Origin: an uncultured delta proteobacterium
GTDB taxonomy: Bacteria > Desulfobacterota > Desulfobaccia > Desulfobaccales > 0-14-0-80-60-11
Assembly (NCBI GenBank): GCA_963697965.1
Contig: OY969108.1
Location: forward strand, 1,055,997 to 1,119,996
Direction: 5' to 3'
DNA length: 64,000 nt
Within the stretch, counting starts at the first letter, position 1. The number at the start of each line of letters is the position of its first letter. A program made the translations under genes and the position numbers. The notes beneath the pieces were generated by a model that saw only the letters and a list, made by a program, of their open reading frames with translations, was not told where the DNA came from and did not search any database. Shown in pieces: positions 35,910 to 43,813 of the stretch.

Positions 35910-37341
35910 TTAGATGAGCCCTTTGTCGTGCAGCCCATTCAGCTTGGCGGTGTCGAAATTCAGTAGCTTGCGGTAGACGTCGTTATTGTCGTAGCCCACC
36001 GGCCGGCCCAGGTCTTTCACCCGTCCCGGGGTCCGGTGTCCATAGAACACCGAGCCGCAGAACAGCACCTTGCCGTAGTGGGACGTCTCAATGGCCCGCA
36101 CCATGCCCCGGTATTTGTAGTGGGGCTCTTCCGCCACTTCGTCCAGGAAGGAGACGCCGCCCGCGGCCACTTCTTCCTCCAGCAGTTTGGCCCGGCATTC
36201 TTCCCGGGTCCAGTCCTTCATCCAGTCGGTGAGGATAGTGCAGGTTTTGACCTGCTGATCGTGGCCGACCCGGTCGATGACCACCCGCAGGGTGGGCTCA
36301 TCCAGGATCATGTCTTCCAACTCGGGGCGATCCTTGCCCACGGTCTTCCAGATGCGGTACCAGAGGCGGTCATGACCGCCGCCCACCATCATGTAGCCGT
36401 CTTTGCACGGGTTCACCGAGTAGATGTTGATGGCCAGGTCCCAGTTGCCATAGCGGGGCTTGGAGGATCCGTCCATGCCATACCAGCCCCAGGCATAGTC
36501 ATGGATCCGGGCGTGGGCTTCAGAACGAGGTCACCTCCAGGAACTGGCCCTTGCCTGAGGCCTTGTCCCGGTAGATCAGGGCGGCGATGGTGCCGTGGGC
36601 GGTGAGGTTGCCGCAGAGGATATCGTCAGCCCGCTCGCCGGCCCGGAGGGGGGTGCCGCCGAAACTCTTGGGCAGCCCGGTGGCATGGCACCAGCCGGAG
36701 GCGCAGGGGGAAGACGGATAAAGCTCACCCGGCTTGTCCTTCAGGGACCCCCACTGGCCTTTCTGGCCGTTCCAAACATAGATCAGGCGGGGGTTGATCT
36801 TGGAGAGCTGGCGGTAGCCGATGCCCCAGGCGTCAAACTGCCCGGGGGCATAGTTCTCGATGAGGACGTCGACGTGGACTACCAGCTTTTTCAGGATTTC
36901 CCGGCCTTCCGGTTTGGTCAGGTCGAGGGTGATGGACTGTTTGTTGCGGCATTCGTGCAGGAAGGTGCCGCCGCACAGGTCGCCGTTGACGTTGTCCTTG
37001 AACATGTAGCGTTTGCGCCCAAAGGCCGTCAGTTTGCGGAGAGGCGAGCCGCCGGGCGGTTCCACCATGATGACGTTGGCTCCCAGTTCGCCCAGGTAGC
37101 CGCCGGCCTGCATGGCATTCACCTGGAGGCCGCCGTGGCCGCACTCCAGCACCCGGATTTGCCCAAGGGCCTCGGGTTTGGCCATCTCATGCTTGGGATG
37201 GAGCCAGCCCTCAAAAAGGGTGGAAATTTCCCGGGACGCTTCGGTGCAGATCTTGGGATCATACACTTCTTCGAAGGTGGGGATCGGGGTTAGAGGCCAA
37301 AGCAACGGTGCTTCTTGAACCTCTTTCTTCAGATCAGCCAT
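35910..37341 (-). pseudogene. family III CoA-transferase, subunit 1, split by a +1 frameshift near 36522
   Basis: ORF 36520-37341 ends ...GQFLEVTSF*. The next frame continues SEAHARIHDYAWGWYGMDGSSKPRYGNWDLAI... This aligns colinearly with the paralog segment [40 protein letters not shown]. Confidence 0.85.
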
Positions 37342-37479
37342 TCAATTTCCTCCTTACTCAACAGGTGAGTCAAGATTACCGCTTAGGAATAATTGAATCA
37401 TCTCACTTAGTCATGTGTGTCTCCTACGGTGACAGCACCCCCTTCCGTCTGTTTTTAAGGCTCGCAAAGGAGCCAGGGC

Positions 37480-37493
37480 GCGGGAATTCCCGC
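37480..37493. promoter_or_regulatory. perfect 14-bp palindrome GCGGGAATTCCCGC in the leader of the CoA-transferase operon
   Basis: It was seen directly. It lies about 140 nt upstream of ATG 37341 on the minus strand. Confidence 0.35.
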
Positions 37494-37516
37494 ATAATAG
37501 TCCATCGGTATCCTAA

Positions 37517-37531
37517 GCTAAATTTGTGCCA
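37517..37531 (-). promoter_or_regulatory. sigma-54-like -24/-12 element TGGCAC-AAATT-TAGC
   Basis: The GG and GC dinucleotides have the correct 12-nt register, with one mismatch to TTGC. Tandem TTGCGAT boxes (37536-37542 and 37545-37551) lie just upstream. Confidence 0.3.
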
Positions 37532-37720
37532 AATGTTGCGATTATTGCGATATTTAACTACTTTGAGGTTATCTTACTTATATTCCTAATGATTTTTTAT
37601 GCAAACAAATGTCTGCCAGGGCGTGCTACTGGAGAAAGCCAGTCTCCATCTGCCTGGGCCTGGGGGAATCGGTATCAAACGGGGGGTGATTCACCCCAGC
37701 CGGAGCGGATGCCGACTCAG

Positions 37721-37786
37721 AGAGTTCAAGGTACAACGTTCAAAGTCAAAAAACCAGCGAATAAATAACCGTGAACCTTGAACTCT
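37721..37786. repeat. inverted repeat AGAGTTCAAGGT / ACCTTGAACTCT (12 bp perfect, 42-nt spacer) built from GTTCAA heptads
   Basis: The arms lie at 37721-37732 and 37775-37786. The GTTCAAGG core is shared with the 44972-45006 tandem array. Confidence 0.6.
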
Positions 37787-37889
37787 GAACTTATTTAGGA
37801 GGCGGAATTTGCTATAATCACCTGGAAAGGCCGTTAAAGGCCGGGAACCCGCCCCCTCGGCGGGAGCGGCAGGCAGGACGAGAACAGCT

Positions 37890-39086
37890 ATGACAGACGC
37901 AGCACGTGAGCAGACCCAGAAAAATTGGTTTGAAGAGAATCCCAAGAAGACCCTGGTCCTGATTTTCTTGATCTTCCTGGTGGCCGCCACCTGGGCCGCC
38001 GAAAAGGTCCTGGCCTACCGCAACCATAGCCAAAATCGGGTGCTGTTCACCGAGCGGCGCTACATCAACCTCCGGGAGTTCCAAACCTCCATCGACGTGG
38101 TGTACACGCCGACGGACAAAGAAGTGCGGGAGTCCGACAGCCTGGTGCAGAAGGCCTACCGGGTCCGCACCGACGCCAACGGCCTCATCCTGCCTGATAA
38201 CCGCTACCCCCACCCCGACCTCACCCTGGTCTTTCTGGGGGGCTCCACCGTGGCCTGCCTCTACGTCGAGGAAGAGAACCGCTACCCCTATCTGGTGGGC
38301 AACCTCCTGGAGAAGGCGACCGGCGAAAAGGTCACCTCGTACAACTCCGGGGTGGGCGGCAACAATTCGCTGCACTCCCTGGATATCCTGCTGAATAAGC
38401 TCATCCCCCTGCACCCCGACGTCGTGGTGATGATGCACGATATCAACGACCTGGTGACCCTGATTTACGACGGGACTTATTGGAGCAACAACCCCACCCG
38501 CGGCCCCATCATCGATTATAAGCTGTATAAGAATTTGACCGGGATGCAGGCCATCGCCACTCTGGCCCGGGACACCTACATCCCCAACCTGCACCTGGCC
38601 TTCCGCAGCCTGTGCAAAAAGGTGGCACCCCTGTTCGGAAGGAAGCCCAGGGACCCGGAGGATGAATTCGCCAAGGAACGGGGCAGGAAGATCGTCTTCG
38701 ATCCGGCCCGGATACTGGATGAGTTCCGGATGAACCTGCAGACCTTCATCAATATTTGCCGGGCGCGCCGAATCACGCCGGTGTTGATGACCCAGTTCAA
38801 CCGCTACAAGTCCAACCCGGATGAGAAGATCCGCCAGGCCATGAAAGGCTTCGAGTCCGGTTCCCAGATCTCCGCCCAGGAGTTCAAGGAGATCTACGAT
38901 AAGTTTAATGAGGCCACCGTCGAGGTGGGCCGCCGCAACGGGGTCCTGGTCATCGATCTGGCCCGCTTGATTCCCCAGGAAGCAAAATACATGTATGATG
39001 TGGTTCACGTAAATACCGCCGGTTCGCGGCTGGCGGCGCAGATCATCAGTGAGCAGTTGCTGCCACTGGCGAAGTCAAAGAAATGA
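37890..39086 (+). CDS. SGNH/GDSL-like hydrolase with N-terminal membrane anchor
   Basis: It has block I VFLGGSTVA, GVGGNNS, and a C-terminal DVVHVNTAGSRL (DxxH). It is distantly paralogous to 5696-6766. Confidence 0.7.
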   Translation: MTDAAREQTQKNWFEENPKKTLVLIFLIFLVAATWAAEKVLAYRNHSQNRVLFTERRYINLREFQTSIDVVYTPTDKEVRESDSLVQKAYRVRTDANGLILPDNRYPHPDLTLVFLGGSTVACLYVEEENRYPYLVGNLLEKATGEKVTSYNSGVGGNNSLHSLDILLNKLIPLHPDVVVMMHDINDLVTLIYDGTYWSNNPTRGPIIDYKLYKNLTGMQAIATLARDTYIPNLHLAFRSLCKKVAPLFGRKPRDPEDEFAKERGRKIVFDPARILDEFRMNLQTFINICRARRITPVLMTQFNRYKSNPDEKIRQAMKGFESGSQISAQEFKEIYDKFNEATVEVGRRNGVLVIDLARLIPQEAKYMYDVVHVNTAGSRLAAQIISEQLLPLAKSKK

Positions 39087-39220
39087 CCAGGCTGCTGGGA
39101 TACGCCAAAATAGTTTTTGGGGGTCCAGGTCCCCGGACCCCTGATTGAGGAGAGGAAGAGGCCCTGGATAAGATCAACGTCCTCTTCATCATCAAGCCGG
39201 AGCGGGCCGCGGGCGCCGAG

Positions 39221-40282
39221 ATGGTTCTGATGGCGGCCGCGGCCCGGCTGAACCCGGAGCGCTTCCGGGTCTTTGCCGGGCTGCTCACTCCCGACCGGGA
39301 AAACCTCCTGCCGCCCCAGCTCACCCCTATCAATTTTAATCTCCCCGGGCTCAACGGCTGGGTCTGGCTCCGTTTTTTCCTGACCCTCTGCCGGGTGCTG
39401 CGCCGCTACCGCATCCAACTGCTCCACACCAACAGCTACGTGCCGGGCAATTACGCCCGCCTGGCTGCGGTCCTGATGGGGGTGCCCCTGATCGTCGACC
39501 ACTGGCACGGCTTCACCCGCTTCAGCCGCAAGCGCCGGCTGATCTGCCGCCTGCTGGGGCGGCGCACCACCCTGAGCCTGGCAGTTTCCCAGGGAGTGCG
39601 GGATTACGTGATCGAGCAGTGCGCCCTGGACCCGGCGAAGGTAAGGGTGGTGGCCAACGCCATCGACCTGGCGCGGATTCAGGAACACCGGCCCCGGGCC
39701 GAAGTGCGCCGGGAATTGGGGATTACTGAGGAAACCCGGGTGGTGGGCCTGGTGGGGCGGCTGGACCATTGGGGCAAGGGGCACCGGGAATTGTTCATCG
39801 CCCTGGCGGGATTAAAAGACCGCTATCCCTTGACGGCCCTGATCATCGGCGGCGGCCGGCGGGAGGCGGAAATGCGGCAATTGGCTTCTGAACTGGGCCT
39901 GGGGCCGCAGGTTCTCTTCCTCGGCCAGCGCCGGGATATCCCGGACCTGCTGGCCGCTATGGATATCCTGGTGCTGCCCAGCCACAGCGAGGGAGTGTCG
40001 CTGGCCCTACTGGAGGCCATGGCCGCGGGGCTGCCGGTGATCGCCACCGCGGTGGGCGGTCTCCCGGAAGTGGTGACCGACGCAGCCAACGGCCTGCTCA
40101 TCCCCCCCCGGGATCCCGAGGCCCTGGCCCGGGCCCTGGAGCGCCTGCTGGCGGACCCGAAATTCGCCCGGCGGCTGGGGGAGCAAGCCCGCGTCGAGGT
40201 GGCGGCCCATTATTCCCTGGAGCGCCTGGGCCGGGAGATTAATGAGATTTACGGAGAGTTAAGCGCCCGCCGCAGGCTTTAG
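39221..40282 (+). CDS. GT4-family glycosyltransferase (start uncertain; conserved N-terminus extends upstream to about 39149)
   Basis: It has the C-terminal EGVSLALLEAMAAGLPVIATAVGGLPEVV motif. The beta1-like segment KINVLFIIKPERAAGAE lies upstream of the first ATG and downstream of an in-frame TGA at 39146. Confidence 0.8.
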   Translation: MVLMAAAARLNPERFRVFAGLLTPDRENLLPPQLTPINFNLPGLNGWVWLRFFLTLCRVLRRYRIQLLHTNSYVPGNYARLAAVLMGVPLIVDHWHGFTRFSRKRRLICRLLGRRTTLSLAVSQGVRDYVIEQCALDPAKVRVVANAIDLARIQEHRPRAEVRRELGITEETRVVGLVGRLDHWGKGHRELFIALAGLKDRYPLTALIIGGGRREAEMRQLASELGLGPQVLFLGQRRDIPDLLAAMDILVLPSHSEGVSLALLEAMAAGLPVIATAVGGLPEVVTDAANGLLIPPRDPEALARALERLLADPKFARRLGEQARVEVAAHYSLERLGREINEIYGELSARRRL

Positions 40283-40513
40283 CCTGGGATATCGGTTTGC
40301 CTGACCATGAAGATTAATAAGCTAAGAAATGGTGCGGCTTGCAGCAAAGTGTCTGGCAATAAAATTGCGTGGATGAAGATTACAATACCTCGCGGGTAAA
40401 ATCTAGAGCATTATAATTCCCGCGATATCAACATATTATACCGATGCAGCTAAATCCCCCTCTCCCCTGAGAGGGGACGACACCGGCTGAGGGGTGGCTT
40501 TGCATGGTTTTTC

Positions 40514-40577
40514 GTAGGGGCGGGTTTTAACTCCGCCCCTACACTTTCGTAGGGGGCGCACACATGGGTGCCCCTAC
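40514..40577. repeat. two adjacent REP-like hairpins with GTAGGGG heads
   Basis: They are GTAGGGGCGG-GTTTTAACT-CCGCCCCTAC (40514-40542) and GTAGGGGGCGCACACATGGGTGCCCCTAC (40549-40577). Confidence 0.7.
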
Positions 40578-40683
40578 AAGACCATTCCTTGGCGAGATGA
40601 TGATCGGCCGGGCGCGCTTGCAAGTCCCTGAGAAGGTGGTTAGATTAAAAAACGGTAAATAATCGAAGGGAGATGTCCGGTCA

Positions 40684-41151
40684 ATGTTGCCTTTCAAAAG
40701 AATTTTGTGTCCCACCGATTTCAGTGAGCCGGCTTTCACCGCACTGAAACAAGCCGAGGAACTGGCCCGCCATTTTGAGGCGCAATTAATCGTGGCCCAT
40801 GTCATTCCGGAGTTGCCGGTTCCCCATCAGTTCCCCGACCCGGAAGCGGACTTCAAATTTGATGTGCCCTTATTCGAGCAAGAACTGGCGATCAAGGCGG
40901 AGCAAATGCTCAAAGACCTGGTGGCGCATCATAAAGTGAGGACTCGGACAGTGGTGGCCACCGGAGAAGCAGCTCCGGAAATCCTGCGGCTGGCCCATGA
41001 GGAGCACGCGGACCTCATCGTCATTGCCTCCCACGGGCTGGCCGGCTGGCGGCGGCTGGTCTTCGGGTCGGTGACCGAAAAAGTTTTGCGCCAGGCCACC
41101 TGTCCGGTCTTGACCATCATGGCGCCACCCGAGGCGGAAGGCCCCCATTAG
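40684..41151 (+). CDS. universal stress protein (UspA family)
   Basis: ILCPTDFSE, DLIVIASHGLAGWRRLVFGSVTEKVLRQATCPVLT matches the Usp ATP-binding motif G-x2-G-x9-GS. Confidence 0.88.
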   Translation: MLPFKRILCPTDFSEPAFTALKQAEELARHFEAQLIVAHVIPELPVPHQFPDPEADFKFDVPLFEQELAIKAEQMLKDLVAHHKVRTRTVVATGEAAPEILRLAHEEHADLIVIASHGLAGWRRLVFGSVTEKVLRQATCPVLTIMAPPEAEGPH

Positions 41152-41637
41152 CTAATATTCGCCGTTAACAGCGCCTCGACTTTGGAGTCCAGATCCCGCC
41201 TTCATAGCTTCCGCACTTCCATACGGAGCCAGGAAGCTGGCCATCTTGTCGTAAGACAGGTGTACACCATCCGCTCGCGCATCGATTAGAATGGTCACCG
41301 GCGCGTAGGAGCCAGCGTCTGGCGCAGGCTCGATCATCTGCTTCATGATAAGCGGGTTGCCGATTAAGAGACGCAGACTCCGCGGCGCTTCCTTGCCGCG
41401 TTCCTTACGCATGATCTCGCCGAAGTCAAAGCGGATAAACTCCATGAACCCTGACACCCCAACGGCCTGGTGAATGACCTTCTCCAACTCCGCGTAGTTT
41501 TTTGCTGAGGCGACATCCCTCCGAAATCCGTGCATATCAGGATGGCCAACAGCCGCTTCAAGCTTTGTTACGACTTCCTCGAATGATTTAGAAGAAGTCA
41601 CGCTGAATCGCTGCACATTAACTTGCCTCATGGTCAT
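41152..41637 (-). CDS. DUF302-domain protein
   Basis: SFEEVVTKLEAAV...RLLIGNPLIMKQMIE...SYAPVTILI resembles DUF302. Its stop codon abuts the uspA stop. Confidence 0.65.
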   Translation of the reverse strand: MTMRQVNVQRFSVTSSKSFEEVVTKLEAAVGHPDMHGFRRDVASAKNYAELEKVIHQAVGVSGFMEFIRFDFGEIMRKERGKEAPRSLRLLIGNPLIMKQMIEPAPDAGSYAPVTILIDARADGVHLSYDKMASFLAPYGSAEAMKAGSGLQSRGAVNGEY

Positions 41638-41717
41638 CTTCTTGCCTCAATCTCAACTCCGGGCAATGACAGGAGCCCTTGGCCTAGGCCAGCCAACGGC
41701 GCCGGCTGGGCTGAGCT

Positions 41718-42719
41718 TCAGGGTTTTAAGACTATCCTGTACCTCGGTTTGCCATGCCGTAATTTCTCCAGGGCATCATTAATTTCACTGAACCGATAGG
41801 TCTCAACGGTGGGCTGGATGTGGTGCCGGGCCGCAAAGTTGAGCATGGTGGCGATGGCCGCCGGACTGCCCGTCGGACTGGCGGAGATGGATTTCTGGCC
41901 TGCCAGCAAAGGAAAAAGAGGCACTGCAATCGGCTGAGTCACCACCCCCACCAGGTGCAGGTGGCCTTGGGGACGCAAGGCTTCGACATAGGCCTGCCAA
42001 TCCAGAGGCGCATTCACTGTTGACAGGATAAAATCGAAAGAGTTTGCCGCCTTTTTCAAAGCCTCGGGGTCACGGGAGTTGATGAAGTGGTCGGCGCCGA
42101 ACCCCTTGGCTTCAGCCTCCTTGTCCGGGGTGCTGGAGAACGCCGTCACCTCGCAGCCCCAGGCATGGGCAAATTTCAGGGCCATATGGCCAAGCCCCCC
42201 TATGCCGACAACTCCCACCCGGGCGGTGGGCAACACGTCCCACAGCAGCAAGGGATTGAACACGGTTACGCCGCCGCACATAAGGGGACCGGCGGTTTCG
42301 GGGGCGAGCCCCTCGGGCAGAGGCAAGACCCAGGCCGCGTCGGCCCGGACCCGGTCAGCAAAGCCCCCAGGGCGGCCGACTATGGTCCCCACCGTGTTGG
42401 CGCACAGATGCTGGTTTCCGGACTTACACCATTCGCAGGTCAGGTCTGAGCCGGCAAACCATCCCAGACCGACCCGTTGCCCCACCGTTAACCCCCGGGC
42501 GTGGGGGCCCAGGGCCGCGACGGTGCCGATAACTTCATGTCCGGGAACCAAAGGAAATTGGCTCATTCCCCATTCGTTGTCCAACATACTGAGATCGCTG
42601 TGACATAACCCGCAATACTCGACTTTGATCTCAACCTGGGTGTCTCCCAGGGGGCCGGGGTCAAATGCGAACGGCTTCAGCGTTCCCTTAGGTTCAGTGG
42701 CGGCATATCCGTTTATCAT
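41718..42719 (-). CDS. NAD(P)-dependent zinc alcohol dehydrogenase (cinnamyl-alcohol/YahK-like)
   Basis: It has CGLCHSDL and GHEVIGTV, the structural-zinc motif CEWCKSGNQHLC, and GIGGLGHMA. Confidence 0.9.
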   Translation of the reverse strand: MINGYAATEPKGTLKPFAFDPGPLGDTQVEIKVEYCGLCHSDLSMLDNEWGMSQFPLVPGHEVIGTVAALGPHARGLTVGQRVGLGWFAGSDLTCEWCKSGNQHLCANTVGTIVGRPGGFADRVRADAAWVLPLPEGLAPETAGPLMCGGVTVFNPLLLWDVLPTARVGVVGIGGLGHMALKFAHAWGCEVTAFSSTPDKEAEAKGFGADHFINSRDPEALKKAANSFDFILSTVNAPLDWQAYVEALRPQGHLHLVGVVTQPIAVPLFPLLAGQKSISASPTGSPAAIATMLNFAARHHIQPTVETYRFSEINDALEKLRHGKPRYRIVLKP

Positions 42720-42744
42720 TAGAAAGCTCCCTTTTCTGAGGTCT

Positions 42745-43149
42745 TCACCGTCCGGAGAACCGGCGGCGAATCTCTTCCATTCTTCGCCGGTTCACCCCAA
42801 AATCGCTGTAGCCCACCCGCGCGGCCGAACGGATGTCGATTCGCCTGGCGTTGTCGTCGAATAGGAACTCCACGTCGTCCACGAACTGCCACAGCGCGCT
42901 CCTGAACTCCGCCCGCCAGTAATTGGCAGCGCGCACAGCCACCCGCGCCCGCTTCATCCCGGCAATGGCTCCCTCGAGCCGCTCCCGCGCCTGCCCCGGT
43001 TCGCCACTGTAGGTGAGCCCCACGATGTAATGTTGCTTATCGCTCGCCGCCGCCTGGCTCGACACGCAGTTGGGCTTGTTCGGGCACGGCGCCAGCCGCC
43101 CATCCACGCTCCCGACGCCAATGCCGCTATTGCCGCCAGTTGGAGACAT
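42745..43149 (-). CDS. DUF1499-domain protein
   Basis: CPNKPNCVSS...DDVEFLFDD...IDIRSAARVGYSDFGVNRRRMEEIR is the DUF1499 pattern. Confidence 0.7.
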   Translation of the reverse strand: MSPTGGNSGIGVGSVDGRLAPCPNKPNCVSSQAAASDKQHYIVGLTYSGEPGQARERLEGAIAGMKRARVAVRAANYWRAEFRSALWQFVDDVEFLFDDNARRIDIRSAARVGYSDFGVNRRRMEEIRRRFSGR

Positions 43150-43496
43150 GGGCTCCTCCTTCTTGAAGTTGGGTAACTAACCTATTGAGACCAGGGGCTC
43201 TGAAGCCTGGGTTTTTCAGGTCTCTGGGCCCGGCTACCGGAATGGCGGGCTCTGGAGCGCGGGGCCGGGGAGCAAAAGGCGTTAGAGAATGCCTATAAGG
43301 TAGGTGCTTGTTATCTAGGTGTCAAGAGAACCTGCTCAGGGTGGGGGGGCATGGAACCCCGATGCACTTGAGGACGCTATGCTAATGAACTGGCGGCAAG
43401 ACGGGTTGGAGGCGGGTCAACGGCAAAAGGACATAGAAACCACCCTGCGGGGCAGTGTCAAATCAAATCCGGGTCAGGAAAAGCTAACTATTAGAG

Positions 43497-43598
43497 TTAC
43501 TTGGTGATCTCCTTGCCCTTTTGGACACCTTTCTTGGCGCCTTTCTTGGGCTTTTTGGCCTCTTTCTTACCCTTATCCTTCTTTCCTTTGTCTCCCAC
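43497..43598 (-). CDS. possible 33-aa lysine-rich peptide
   Basis: The ORF was found by hand. GTG 43598 has a GGAGGG SD 7 nt upstream. It reads (M)GDKGKKDKGKKEAKKPKKGAKKGVQKGKEITK. Confidence 0.3.
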   Translation of the reverse strand: MGDKGKKDKGKKEAKKPKKGAKKGVQKGKEITK

Positions 43599-43813
43599 GG
43601 CTTTTCCCTCCAGTTTCCCCGGCTTTTGCCGGTTTTTTCGGGTTCAAACCTTCGTCAGTTTCTCTTGTTCAAGGTTTGCCAGGATGTTACTAATTTGCCA
43701 ACTTGTCGGGTTTTGTCAAGGAATAATTGTTTACCCGGAAAAATTCCACGGCCGCCGGCCCGGCTTCCGAGGCCGGGGACGGAGACTCCAGGCTGCACTT
43801 ATTCCTAACCACT

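Noticed and set aside
39146-39148. In-frame TGA in the GT4 leader as a selenocysteine codon
   Set aside because: No SECIS-like hairpin follows the TGA. The position is in a non-conserved leader of a glycosyltransferase, where Sec has no plausible role. A nonsense mutation, sequence error or alternative start is more likely.
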